Positions 9,176-18,972 of a DNA stretch of 64,000 bases are shown piece by piece (position 1 is the first letter of the stretch; the number at the start of each line of letters is the position of its first letter). The notes under the pieces are model-generated. The model saw only the letters and a list, made by a program, of their open reading frames with translations. It searched no databases and was not told where the DNA came from. This DNA comes from Treponemataceae bacterium (lineage in GTDB: Bacteria; Spirochaetota; Spirochaetia; Treponematales; Rectinemataceae). The translations under genes and the position numbers were made by a program. The stretch is taken from assembly GCA_963678065.2 (NCBI GenBank), contig CAXXVZ010000003.1, positions 1,152,001-1,216,000 of the forward strand, given 5' to 3'.

Positions 9176-10384
9176 TCAGGGGGCGCCGATTGCCCCGTAT
9201 CCTTCAATCCGCCTGGTGATTTTCGCAAGTCGTGACAGGCTGGCTTCGGGTGGAACATTGTCCGATACGCCGAGAATCAGCCCCCGCGGATCGCCCAGCC
9301 CGCCGAAAGTCATGTCGAGATATGCGTCGAATTCGCTCTCCGACATCGCGTCTTTCATGAGCGCGACCGCGGGTATCCCTCCCCACACTACAACGCCGGA
9401 GCCGACGCCGTCGCGGAATTCTCTCAGACTGAGCTCGGTCATGGGAGAAGGACAGACCGACTCGGCGATATGGAAGCCGCAATCGGGATAATCGGGCAGG
9501 AGGAGGCGATTCTCTCCGTCGGTGTGCGTCAGGAGGCGTTTCCCGCAGGACTGTGCCCTCTTTCCCGCCTTCTGCAGCCAGGGTTTTATTTCCTGCGCGA
9601 AAAACTCCGGGTATGTCGTGTTCTGGTCATAGTTTCCGCCCCAGAAAAACGCCTCGCAATCGCACTTAAGGACCGCGTCCAGAATCTTGTCGAAGAAGGG
9701 TTCCAGCCTCTTCGCAAAGGCACGCAGCGTATCCGGCTCATCCATGTAGAAGTAGAAAAAATCATTCAGGGGCATCAGGTCATGCATCACGAGGTGCATG
9801 GGGGAAGCGATGTTCAGGCCATGGGCCACCGCGAGCCCCTGTTCGCCGAGACGATTTTTGAAGGAAGCATACTTCTCCGGCCTCGGGATTACCTCGATAT
9901 TCTCATAAACCTGTGCGACCGCTTCCATGCACGATGCGGAATGGAGCGGATATGAGAGAGGATATGAGCGGATGAATGGTACGGAGATTCCCTGCCTGTT
10001 CATGTCCGCCGATTGGTGGATGTGGGTGAATACATCTCCTGCCGGCGCGTGGACGCAGGTTTTGAGGTTTTCCTCGTCATACTGGAATTCGAAAGGCAGA
10101 TTCTTCAGCTCCAGCTCGTAAGGATAATCCGGGTGGTTGTCGACCGCAAATCCGCGGAGAATGAGCGCATCCTTGGGCCGGGGAAGCGTGTAATCGGCCC
10201 GCACGGAATGGCAGCCGAATCCGAGGTTTTTCGCGATATCGACCGTGTTCATGCCATCGAAGCCTGCGGGCAAGGTCCCTTGAGCCTTGTTCGCGATGTA
10301 CCAGAGGTCCATGCGCGGCGCCCAGGCGAGATTGTCGGTCGGTGCCCGGTCGAGGGCAGCTGACATCCTTTGGCGATGTGTCAT
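9176..10384 (-). CDS. Second uroporphyrinogen decarboxylase-like fold protein
   Basis: Likely start MTHRQRMSAALDR; PEFFAQEIKPW, LLTHTDG, VVWGGIP, ILGVSDNVPP. Confidence 0.75.
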   Translation of the reverse strand: MTHRQRMSAALDRAPTDNLAWAPRMDLWYIANKAQGTLPAGFDGMNTVDIAKNLGFGCHSVRADYTLPRPKDALILRGFAVDNHPDYPYELELKNLPFEFQYDEENLKTCVHAPAGDVFTHIHQSADMNRQGISVPFIRSYPLSYPLHSASCMEAVAQVYENIEVIPRPEKYASFKNRLGEQGLAVAHGLNIASPMHLVMHDLMPLNDFFYFYMDEPDTLRAFAKRLEPFFDKILDAVLKCDCEAFFWGGNYDQNTTYPEFFAQEIKPWLQKAGKRAQSCGKRLLTHTDGENRLLLPDYPDCGFHIAESVCPSPMTELSLREFRDGVGSGVVVWGGIPAVALMKDAMSESEFDAYLDMTFGGLGDPRGLILGVSDNVPPEASLSRLAKITRRIEGYGAIGAP

Positions 10385-10456
10385 AAAGCTAGAGTAAGAG
10401 GCATTTTTAAATCGAGCATCCTTGAAAAGAGGAACTTTCTCCACTATTCTAAGGTC

Positions 10457-11323
10457 GTGACGGGGAAAAATATTGTCGACTTTAAATTCGGACTGTTCTG
10501 CGACATCGTGCATGTCCAGTCCTACGACTGTCTTCACCGTCACAACGAGGTCGAAATTCTCTTTTTCCCGAAAAACAACCCGGTGACTATCCGGTTCGGA
10601 GCGAAGATCATCGACCTGCTGCCCGATCAGACAGTTCTCTTCTGGGGAGCGATACCACATCAGCTGGTTTCGATTCCTCAGGATAATTTGCAGTACTGGG
10701 TGGCTATCCCTCCGGAAATATTCCTGTACCTGGACCTGTCTGTCTCCCTCGTCCGCGATGTCATGGATGGACGGGTTCTGATTGAGACGAACAAGGATCT
10801 CAGGCAGATGGATCTGGCGGAGTATCCGATATGGATGAGAGAGACCAAAAGCGATTTGGCGGAGACTCGCCGGACTATGCTGCTCTCGCTGGAGGCCCGC
10901 CTGCGACGTTTCGCCTATCAAGCCACGACGACAGATTCCCTGAATCCGCTCCCTGAAAAACATCTGTTGCCCAAGGACAAAAACGTTTTTCAGGGAATGT
11001 ATGACTATATCACGTTCAATTTCCGCAACCAAATCCGCATCGACGACATCGCCGAAGCCGTGGGCATTCATCCCAACTATGCCATTTCTCTTTTCAAATC
11101 AAAATGCGGCATCAACATCGTGAACCTGATCACTATGCTGCGAGTCTATGAAGCCCAGCGCCTGCTCCTGACGACAGATCAGAAGATCATCGATGTCGCC
11201 ATGGATTCCGGTTTCAGTTCGATGAGCAATTTTTACAAAAGCTTCAACCGTCTGTGCGGCAAGAAACCCCACGAGTACCGTCATTTCTCCGACTCGATGC
11301 GCACTGCGCCCAACCTCCAGTAA
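10457..11323 (+). CDS. AraC-family (MelR-like) transcriptional regulator; start uncertain
   Basis: Cupin HRHNEVE...LFWGAIPHQL. HTH IDDIAEAVGIHPNY...IIDVAMDSGFSSMSNFYKSF. Divergent from the TRAP operon; in-frame GTG at 10457 chosen. Confidence 0.88.
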   Translation: MTGKNIVDFKFGLFCDIVHVQSYDCLHRHNEVEILFFPKNNPVTIRFGAKIIDLLPDQTVLFWGAIPHQLVSIPQDNLQYWVAIPPEIFLYLDLSVSLVRDVMDGRVLIETNKDLRQMDLAEYPIWMRETKSDLAETRRTMLLSLEARLRRFAYQATTTDSLNPLPEKHLLPKDKNVFQGMYDYITFNFRNQIRIDDIAEAVGIHPNYAISLFKSKCGINIVNLITMLRVYEAQRLLLTTDQKIIDVAMDSGFSSMSNFYKSFNRLCGKKPHEYRHFSDSMRTAPNLQ

Positions 11324-11358
11324 CCCGCTCAAGGCGCACTCGATGCGCATGAGCTTCG

Positions 11359-13902
11359 TCAGGGCCGTCCCTCCGGACAAAAGCCCGGACGCACGATCCT
11401 GAGGACGAAGTTCCGTCTTTCCGCCATGCCGGGGAAGCTCCCCACTCTGTCGGCGATCTCCAGACGGCCGGGCGCGTCATTCCAGGCCATGTCGGTGGTG
11501 GCGTACTCCCCGCTCTCGTATCCGTAGCCGTCCCCGGAGTCTTCGTAGAGCCTGAAATGGCCATCCCGGCCGGGACAGACGAGGATTTCGAGCTCCTCGG
11601 AGGCGCTGGCCCCGATGGCATCGCCTTCGGCCGCGAAAGGCAGGATCGCGCCGGCCCTCATGAAGACCGGGATGATGCGAAGGGGAGCGGAAGCCTCGAC
11701 CCATCCGGGTCCCGCGGGTTCTCCCGTCCAGAAATCAGCCCAGGGATCGGGGCCGGGAAGGTAGACGCGCCTCGTCGCAGGCGCATCGGGGATCGGCCGG
11801 GAACCGGGGCCGAAGCGCTGAGGCTCGGTGACAGGGCAGACCATGAGGGCGCCGCCGAGCATGAACTGGTCCTCCACGCCGAGCGCTTCGCTGTCCTCCG
11901 GAAAGTCGAAGACGAGGGCCCGCATCATGGTGTAGTCCGCGAAGGTGACAGCCCCCGCGAGGGAGTACAGATAGGCCTTGAGTCTGCGGCGCAATCGAAG
12001 GAAGCGGGCGAGCGCCTCGTAGATCTCGTCGCCCTGCTCTCCGAAGCGCCAGGGCTCGCGGGGGGTGTCGGTGCCGTGGGCGCGCATCATCGGCAGGAAG
12101 GTGCCGTACTGGAACCAGCGGAGGAAAAGTTCGCGGTAGCCTGCGTCGTCGACGCCTGAGTCGAAATCGCCCTGCCAGAACCACTGCTCCTTCGAGGCGA
12201 CGAAGAAGCCGCCGATGTCGTTCGTCCAGTAGGGCATGCCGGAGAGGCAGAAGTTGAGGCCCTCCGGAATCTGCCTGCGCAAGGTCTCCCAGCTCGCCGT
12301 CACGTCGCCCGACCACGTGAAGGTCCCGTATCTCTGCTGGCCGGGCGAGGCCGAGCGCGTGAGGTTGAGGACGCGTTTCCCGTCTTCGCAGGCCCGCTGG
12401 CCCTCCCAGATGCCGCGCGAGTGCTCGAGCGAATAGGCTTGGGCGATGCCCGGATCGAGGTATTCGGCGGCCATCCGGGTGTTGATCGCCATTCTCTCCT
12501 CGGGCTGGGCCTTGACCTTCCCCTTCCAGTCCGCCTCGAAGGGTTCGGTGCAGTCGCACCACCAGGCGTCAACGCCTGCATCGTAGAGCCCGCGCTTCGC
12601 CTGTTTCCAGTAGAGGGCGCGGGCGCCGGGATCGAAGGCGTCGTAGGTCGAGCCGTTTCCGAGGAGGAAACCCCGCTCGGCCATCTCGCGCCGGTCCGGG
12701 CTCTCTCCCTGCATGTGGGGCCAGACGGAGATCATGAATTTGACGCCCATGTCGTGGAGGGTCCTTGTCATCGCCGCAGGGTCGGGGAAACGGCCGGGGT
12801 CGAAGGATTTCTGCCCCCACAGCCCCTGTGGCCAGGAAAGCCAGTCGAGGACGACGCAATCGAGCGGCAGGTTCCGTCGACGGAACTCCCGCGCGACCGC
12901 GAGAATTTCTTCCTGGTTTTTGTATCGCTCCTTCGACTGGAAGTAGCCGAAAGCCCACGGAGGGGGCAGGGCCGCCCTGCCGGTGAGGGCGCGCATGCCG
13001 GCGACGACGCCGTCCGCGACGCCGGAAGTGAGGCCGGAAGTGAGGCCGGAAGTGAGGCCGGAGCTGTGGCCGGTGACGCTGCCACAGGCGTCGCCACCGG
13101 CATCGTTCTTGACTCCGCCGCCCGCGATGACGAAGAAGTCCAGGGCCCCGTCCGCCTCGCCGTGGAAGCATGAGCCGAAGGCATCGTCCCTGAAGATCAC
13201 GGGGGAAGAGCTGTTGTAGAGGATGCCGTATCCTCTCGAGGACAGAAGGAGAGGCAGGGCGACCTTCATGTTCTGTTGGTAGAGGTACTGACAGCGTCCG
13301 CGATAGTTCAGTTTTCCCTCTTCGTGCTGTCCTAGGCCGAAGAGGGCCTCTCCCTCCTGGAAGACGAGGTCGAGTCTGGTTTTATATGCATTTCGTAAAA
13401 AAACCGGGACGCCGGGATGTGCAATGGTCTTGATGCCGTCGGCGGTCTCGCGCACGGAAGTCTCCGAGGCCGAGTGATCGTAACGGTAGAGGACGACGGG
13501 GTCGAGAACCCGTCCTCCTCGTTCGCTCTCGCGGACGAGGAGGCGCCCACGCGCGTCGGACCAGGAGAAAGCCCCCGTGCCCAGATCGACGGAGAGCTTC
13601 AGGCCAGGGCCCTCCATCTCGATTCCCGCCTCCGTTTCGCGGACCTCGAAGGGGACTACAGTCCGGGCGCGCCCGGGATCGAGCATGGGCCCTTCGGGCA
13701 GGCACTTCGCTCGCCCCCGCCCCAAGTCTGACGTCGCAGCGGAACCCGTCCCGAGTCCCGAGCCCTCCGGCAGGCAGTAGACACGCACGATGCCAGGGGC
13801 CTCCCAGAGGACGAGGGTCTCGAGTCCCCTGCCCCGGACGAGAATGCCGGATTCCACACTGTTCCAGATACACGAACGCGACGGCGTTCCCGTATTCATC
13901 AT
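11359..13902 (-). CDS. Glycoside hydrolase family 31 (alpha-xylosidase/alpha-glucosidase-like)
   Basis: FGLGQH, WAFGYFQSKERY, nucleophile motif WWCDCTEP, WSGD, DIGGF, RWFQYGTFLPMMRAHG. Confidence 0.93.
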   Translation of the reverse strand: MMNTGTPSRSCIWNSVESGILVRGRGLETLVLWEAPGIVRVYCLPEGSGLGTGSAATSDLGRGRAKCLPEGPMLDPGRARTVVPFEVRETEAGIEMEGPGLKLSVDLGTGAFSWSDARGRLLVRESERGGRVLDPVVLYRYDHSASETSVRETADGIKTIAHPGVPVFLRNAYKTRLDLVFQEGEALFGLGQHEEGKLNYRGRCQYLYQQNMKVALPLLLSSRGYGILYNSSSPVIFRDDAFGSCFHGEADGALDFFVIAGGGVKNDAGGDACGSVTGHSSGLTSGLTSGLTSGVADGVVAGMRALTGRAALPPPWAFGYFQSKERYKNQEEILAVAREFRRRNLPLDCVVLDWLSWPQGLWGQKSFDPGRFPDPAAMTRTLHDMGVKFMISVWPHMQGESPDRREMAERGFLLGNGSTYDAFDPGARALYWKQAKRGLYDAGVDAWWCDCTEPFEADWKGKVKAQPEERMAINTRMAAEYLDPGIAQAYSLEHSRGIWEGQRACEDGKRVLNLTRSASPGQQRYGTFTWSGDVTASWETLRRQIPEGLNFCLSGMPYWTNDIGGFFVASKEQWFWQGDFDSGVDDAGYRELFLRWFQYGTFLPMMRAHGTDTPREPWRFGEQGDEIYEALARFLRLRRRLKAYLYSLAGAVTFADYTMMRALVFDFPEDSEALGVEDQFMLGGALMVCPVTEPQRFGPGSRPIPDAPATRRVYLPGPDPWADFWTGEPAGPGWVEASAPLRIIPVFMRAGAILPFAAEGDAIGASASEELEILVCPGRDGHFRLYEDSGDGYGYESGEYATTDMAWNDAPGRLEIADRVGSFPGMAERRNFVLRIVRPGFCPEGRP
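13021..13068. repeat. In-frame 12-bp tandem repeat inside GH31 (encodes GLTS x3)
   Basis: GCCGGAAGTGAG x3 followed by a degenerate copy GCCGGAGCTGTG. Confidence 0.9.
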
Positions 13903-13934
13903 GACGCGCCCCCCATAGCTCGCGGCCCTTCACC

Positions 13935-13955
13935 GCGTCCGGAGAGTCCGGACGC
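13935..13955. other. Intergenic perfect hairpin downstream of the decarboxylase
   Basis: GCGTCCGGA-GAG-TCCGGACGC, with no U-tract. Confidence 0.55.
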
Positions 13956-13981
13956 ACCGCGATGACACCCCGTGCCCTGAA

Positions 13982-15241
13982 TCATACCGCTACAACCGCG
14001 GGTACGGGTTTTATGAATGCCTGGCGAAGACTGTACGTATATGCGCCCTGGCAGGGTATCATCAGAATATCCCCGACACGGATGTCGTCTCCGAAGAAGG
14101 AGTAGCCGAAGATATCGTGGGGAGTGCACAGGGATCCTGTTATGGTGCACTCGCGCTCCCTCATGGAGGGACGGCTCAGGTTGAGGATCGGGAAATAATC
14201 GCTTTCAAAGCGGTCCCAGCCGATAGCGTTGATTCCGGCATCGGCGATGACAAGATCCGGCGCCTTTTTGTCCATGACGGTGAGGAAGAGATGCATGGCG
14301 TCATTGCAGATCCAGCGCCCGGGTTCGAAACAGATGCGGCAGGATCCGAGGACCTGAAGATACCTGCCGATCGCCTGGAACAAATCCTCGGCGAAGATAT
14401 CGAGCGGCGCTGCGGGAAGGCGGCAGTGCACGAGGGGTGAGGGCGGCTCAGGCGCCCCTGGGGCCCCCACATTCGCCCCTTCCGGATTCCCGCCCGAGGG
14501 TTCAGCCCGGAGCCACTCACCCTGTTCGGGCCAGTAGCCTCCCCCCACATCGACAAACGAGATCCGGTCGAGAGCCTCATGGGAAAGCCCCCGCAGGCTC
14601 AGGCCCAGAGCCGCGATGAAATCACACTGTGGTCTCGGTGAAAGATTCCAGCTTGTATGAAATTGGAGTCCCTGGAGCCGCACATGGGGGCACTCTCTGG
14701 CCTTCCTGAAAAAGGCCGGCAGATCCTCAAGCGGGATGCCGAATTTTCGCCACAGTCCGGCCGGATTCGTCGTCAGCCGTACCCCGGCACGGACAAGCCG
14801 ATCCCGCGCGGCGGCCGCCCGCTCGAGGCGATTCAATTCTTCGAAGCTATCCAGAAGAATGGTCACTGCGCCGTGATTCTGTACGGCCACGGCAAGCTCA
14901 TCCTCGGTTTTTCCCGGCCCGCTGAAAACAATATCCTGCGCGCCCAGAAGTATGGCCGTTTCCAGCTCCGCGCCGCTCGAGACATCGAGCCCATAGTGCA
15001 TTGCAAGCAGGGTTTCCGAAACGCGCGGATGGTTGTTGCTTTTCATCGCGAAATAAAACCCGCAGTCAGGCGACTTCGCCATGAAAGTCCGTCGGAAACG
15101 GTCGGCCCTCTGTCTGAGAATATCGGTTTCGAGAATATACACCGGCGATAAAGAAGTTCTCAGGATATCGAGATATCTCTCCTTGTTCCGGAAATACCCA
15201 TGCACGAAACCGGCCAGCTCCGACTCGGGGAACAGCATCAC
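13982..15241 (-). CDS. Fold-type III PLP-dependent decarboxylase (LysA/Orn/Arg decarboxylase family)
   Basis: FYFAMKSN (PLP lysine), DVSSGAEL, FSGPGK, KFG, DVGGGY, EPGR, GSLCTPHD, GAY. Confidence 0.9.
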   Translation of the reverse strand: MMLFPESELAGFVHGYFRNKERYLDILRTSLSPVYILETDILRQRADRFRRTFMAKSPDCGFYFAMKSNNHPRVSETLLAMHYGLDVSSGAELETAILLGAQDIVFSGPGKTEDELAVAVQNHGAVTILLDSFEELNRLERAAAARDRLVRAGVRLTTNPAGLWRKFGIPLEDLPAFFRKARECPHVRLQGLQFHTSWNLSPRPQCDFIAALGLSLRGLSHEALDRISFVDVGGGYWPEQGEWLRAEPSGGNPEGANVGAPGAPEPPSPLVHCRLPAAPLDIFAEDLFQAIGRYLQVLGSCRICFEPGRWICNDAMHLFLTVMDKKAPDLVIADAGINAIGWDRFESDYFPILNLSRPSMRERECTITGSLCTPHDIFGYSFFGDDIRVGDILMIPCQGAYTYSLRQAFIKPVPAVVAV

Positions 15242-16521
15242 TCAATCTCCACGCTCAGTTTTCCAAGCAATTCCGCCATGTGCCCTTGGGCATCCAGGCG
15301 GTCGTCCAGTCTGGCTATGATGTAGCCCAGCACCCAGGAACGATAATCGTATGGTGGCAGGATTATCGGATGGCCAGGCACGCAGAACAATCCGACTTCC
15401 TTCACCCGCGGATCACGTTTCAGCTCCTCCGTATCGATCCTGCGCAGGATTCCGCTCCGTCCGGCAATGATGCGTATGCCGAGATACGGGTCAGTTTGAC
15501 CGGGCCATGCCGGAATGACAGGGCGCGATCGGGCGAAATCGAGGTTCAGAAGAATGATATCGAGCTGACGGGCGACGCGAAGGAGCTGCGGCAGACAGTC
15601 GCCGCCCGGCCGCGGCGCCAGCTCCAGGAGAACCATCTGATGATCCTGAACGATGAAATCCAGCATGCAGATTCCCCGCGAAATCCCGAGGCTGCGGGCG
15701 CTCAGGCTGAGGACCCCTGCAAATTTATCAAAAAGTATGCCCTCCGGCGGCCCGGAACACAGAAGGTAGCCTTCAGTTGTGCCGAAGGGCCGGTCTTCCC
15801 CGCAGATTTTTCGCGTGAGGCGGATTGGCGCGACCGCGTCCCCGTCGACGATAAAATCGCAGCTGTATTCGGGGCCGCGGATCAGCTCTTCGGCAAGGAG
15901 CAATTCTGTCGCCGGTCCATTCCTGCTGTAAAGCCGGTCGGAGCCGCGCTCATACAGCCCTTGGAGAACGAGATCATACCGGCTCTGGCATTCAAGGGGC
16001 GACGTGCAGCGGAAGACGAGCTCGCTGCCGCTGCCGCACAGGGGCTTGAGCACCACGGGATGGGCGAGTTTCCGATGGAAATCGACGAGCTTGTCCGCGG
16101 AGTGGATCACCCGGACTTCGGGACAGGAAAGAGCGTTCTCTTTCCAGAGCTTTTTCGAGACATATTTGTCCCGGCACCTGCGTATGGACTCGACGGAGGC
16201 GCAGGGCAATCCGTACCGCTCGGCGAGAAACGCCGCCAATTCCATCGACTCGCAGTCATAGACGGCGACGCCCTCGGGCTCAATCCCCCAGCGGCGCAGG
16301 TGCCCCTCGAGAAAGGCCGCTGCCTGCGCGAAATCCGAAAGATCGCAGAGCATCTCTTCGGAAGGCGCAGGACATGTCTCGCTCGCCTGGTCCCGAAGCT
16401 TCGGGTCGGTCAGGAAAATGGCAGCCCCAGGAGCCGCCTCCCGTATCCAGTCGATGTAGTCAGGTGTCGTTCCGACGACAAGAACAGCCTTGCGATTGTT
16501 TCGCCCGGACGAAGAAGGCAT
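15238..16521 (-). CDS. ATP-grasp carboxylate-amine ligase (L-amino-acid ligase-like)
   Basis: RDKYVSK, PVVLKPLCGSGSELV, EELIRGPEYSCD, LLELAPRPGGD, C-terminal LGYII. ATG at 16521 lies 1 nt after the upstream stop. Confidence 0.88.
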   Translation of the reverse strand: MPSSSGRNNRKAVLVVGTTPDYIDWIREAAPGAAIFLTDPKLRDQASETCPAPSEEMLCDLSDFAQAAAFLEGHLRRWGIEPEGVAVYDCESMELAAFLAERYGLPCASVESIRRCRDKYVSKKLWKENALSCPEVRVIHSADKLVDFHRKLAHPVVLKPLCGSGSELVFRCTSPLECQSRYDLVLQGLYERGSDRLYSRNGPATELLLAEELIRGPEYSCDFIVDGDAVAPIRLTRKICGEDRPFGTTEGYLLCSGPPEGILFDKFAGVLSLSARSLGISRGICMLDFIVQDHQMVLLELAPRPGGDCLPQLLRVARQLDIILLNLDFARSRPVIPAWPGQTDPYLGIRIIAGRSGILRRIDTEELKRDPRVKEVGLFCVPGHPIILPPYDYRSWVLGYIIARLDDRLDAQGHMAELLGKLSVEIE

Positions 16522-16522
16522 C

Positions 16523-17458
16523 TCAATACACTCCGCGGGAGGAAGCTGTAGAAGTGTCCAGCCGGTAAAGCGGCCGGGGCTCCAGATGGAAACGCTCCTT
16601 CCACCCGAAGTCTCCACACAGGAAATCGACGAGTCTCAGCCTCTCCCGGCATGCCCGGCGTATATGGTGCATGTTGATCAGCTTGTCGATCCCCGGAAAT
16701 TCTGGGTCCGTGCCACCGGCCAGGACCGTATAGACAGAATCGTGGATTCCGCCCATATCCACCGCCGCGACTCGCCCGCCGATCATGATCGTCGTCACGA
16801 AGAGTATGCCGGAGGCGGCGAGCACTGAAGCGAGGGCTTCGAAGGCATTCAAAAAACGCTGGTCATGAAAATACGAACTCTCGCCGAAGGCGTGAAGGTT
16901 CATCTCCAGCAATTTCCCGACATCGGAGAGCCTGTCATATCGGTACGTCACACCCATAGATTCGAATCGCGCCAGTTCGCTCTCGAGGCTGCCGCGCGAT
17001 TTTCTGGAAAAACCGGCCCAATATTTCTCGAACGAGAAATCGTGTCGGACAGGGTAGTACAGATAGCCTGTTTCATCGACGACGGCATCTTCGCCGAAAG
17101 AGGAGAGCGACTCACGAGTCAGATATCGGAGCCGCATCGGTCCGGGGACATGATCGAGCAATTCCGCGGCTATGGATGGGCTGGAAACAGGGATCCGGTT
17201 CTGTTCCAGCCATGTTTCCCCCCGCCAGATCTCGCCCGGGAATTGAACGAAAGCGCCTGCTTCCTTTACCCAGCTGAGCGCCAGCAGGCCGATGGGCTTG
17301 CCGTTCTCCGACGCGGCCAGAAACGCCAGAGGATTATCAAAATATCGATGGAAACAGGCGCGGACCGGCCAGAGATCAAACAGGCTTTCCTTCGGCCAGA
17401 GCGTCTCCCAGAGAATCCGGCAGCGTTCCGGATCCGAGCAAAGCTGTACTGTGGTCAT
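16523..17458 (-). CDS. GNAT-fold acyltransferase (Acetyltransf_6/CelD-BcsL-like)
   Basis: YWAGFSRKSR..L..E..R, IGGRVAAV, VDFLCGDFGWKERFH. Confidence 0.75.
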   Translation of the reverse strand: MTTVQLCSDPERCRILWETLWPKESLFDLWPVRACFHRYFDNPLAFLAASENGKPIGLLALSWVKEAGAFVQFPGEIWRGETWLEQNRIPVSSPSIAAELLDHVPGPMRLRYLTRESLSSFGEDAVVDETGYLYYPVRHDFSFEKYWAGFSRKSRGSLESELARFESMGVTYRYDRLSDVGKLLEMNLHAFGESSYFHDQRFLNAFEALASVLAASGILFVTTIMIGGRVAAVDMGGIHDSVYTVLAGGTDPEFPGIDKLINMHHIRRACRERLRLVDFLCGDFGWKERFHLEPRPLYRLDTSTASSRGVY

Positions 17459-17533
17459 TTTCCCTTTTTATTCCATCGGCTTCGTCGATTCGATACATCG
17501 ACTATCGGAGCCGCCCTGCCCTCTGTCAATACA

Positions 17534-18823
17534 CTACTCCACCGAAGATCGGCCGGATGATGCCGGACGCAACTTTGCGGTGATGCACAGATACAGGGCG
17601 ATGGTCGCGGGGACACAAGCCAGAAGCAGCGCGGAGGCGAGTGTACCGCAGTGGAGCCATTCGGCGATTCCTACGGCCTGTACACCGAGGGCATTGCCGA
17701 TCTGCATTCCGATGAGATAGGCGATCGTCGAGTGCAGGAACATGTCCTGTCTGGAGAACTTCACGATTGACGAATAGATGCTCACATTTGCAAGGCCGAC
17801 CAGAATGCCTGAGACAAAAACGGGAACGCCCGCAAGCGGAATATTCCGTGTGGCAATACAGCCCGCCACCGCGGCGAGTGACAGCAAAAGGCCGATTGTG
17901 GCGAGAAAAGGAGTACGCTCCGGAGTATTCCGGAGCCTGGACGCCCACCAACTTCCCAGCATCGAGCCAAGGGAGGCCAGAACTCCCATCGCACTCACCA
18001 CCAGCGGACTCTCATCCAGTTTGCCGTTCTGTGCGCCCTGAAGCTGATCGGACAGGAAATACGCCGAGCCGACGAGAAGGATGGAGACAGCAACCTGCCA
18101 TGCGATCATGATTCCCGCGATGCGCCCTCCTGCTGGATCGTTTTCCGGGATTCCACCTGTTTCCGGAATATCGACACTCCGTTTTCTGTCGAGGCCGAAG
18201 CGCGCGAAGCCCGCCGCGAGAAATCCCACAACCGCATTGAACAGGAAGAACCACCGCCAACCGGCCTGCCCGGCTTGCGCAAAAAGTCCGCCAAGCACGG
18301 GACCGGCAAGGTCTCCGAGGGCGGCCCCGGTCTCACCCCATGCGAGTGGCCGGGCGATGCGATGCCGATGATGGACACTCACCGTCCAGAGTTGACCGAC
18401 AAAAGAAAATGCCGCGCCGGATCCCGTGAACATCCGTCCCGCAAAAAAAGCAAAAGGGTTGGGGGCGATGAAGCAGGCGATATTGCCGACGACGAAGACT
18501 GTGAGTCCTGTCAGGAATACTGATCGGGGAGAGAAAACCCGGCCGATCCAGCGATGAAAAACGAGGGCCAAGACGAGCACCGCGAACATCGGGTACAGAT
18601 AACTGGTGATGACATAGCCCGAAAGCTCTTCGCGGAGCCCCAGATTCTTCGTGATATGGTCATGGGCAACGATCGCCGCGGTCACATCGAGGGACGCGAA
18701 GGCATCGGTGAGAAAAAAAGCCATGTCATACAGGCGGTCTTGCGGAAGTAATCGCTGCGCACGGGTTTTTACCATGACAACTGCAGGCCTCCACATCGCG
18801 CGCGCCATGATGCACGCCCCCAC
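17534..18823 (-). CDS. MFS transporter (efflux type); start uncertain
   Basis: About 12 hydrophobic segments, FAGRMFTGSGAA, AGPVLGG, GWRWFFLFN (DHA-type motifs). Confidence 0.85.
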   Translation of the reverse strand: MGACIMARAMWRPAVVMVKTRAQRLLPQDRLYDMAFFLTDAFASLDVTAAIVAHDHITKNLGLREELSGYVITSYLYPMFAVLVLALVFHRWIGRVFSPRSVFLTGLTVFVVGNIACFIAPNPFAFFAGRMFTGSGAAFSFVGQLWTVSVHHRHRIARPLAWGETGAALGDLAGPVLGGLFAQAGQAGWRWFFLFNAVVGFLAAGFARFGLDRKRSVDIPETGGIPENDPAGGRIAGIMIAWQVAVSILLVGSAYFLSDQLQGAQNGKLDESPLVVSAMGVLASLGSMLGSWWASRLRNTPERTPFLATIGLLLSLAAVAGCIATRNIPLAGVPVFVSGILVGLANVSIYSSIVKFSRQDMFLHSTIAYLIGMQIGNALGVQAVGIAEWLHCGTLASALLLACVPATIALYLCITAKLRPASSGRSSVE

Positions 18824-18972
18824 CGTTTCGCGTAAGCGGCTTGCCCTAGCAGAATTTCACACCCTCACTCCGGCGTCAACAGCGCCCGGACCCGAAAGGC
18901 CTGCCTTTCAACTCTGCGCTGCAGTTCCGGGCATCAGCAGCCCCTCAAGGCCGGTCTCACGTATTCCTGTCA

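Noticed and set aside
10385..11071. N-terminal extension of the 631-aa ORF, suggesting an overlapping gene
   Set aside because: It is the antisense shadow of the AraC gene; family similarity starts at MTHRQR (10384).
1329..13902. Sulfoquinovose (sulfo-TAL) pathway suggested by GH31 plus transaldolase plus reductase
   Set aside because: The GH31 looks xylosidase-like rather than YihQ-like, is separated from the operon by the convergent AraC gene, and the reductase matches GarR closely.
13982..15241. Naming this gene lysA
   Set aside because: The family is clear, but the HIGSQ motif is altered and the context is a ligase cassette, so the substrate is unknown.
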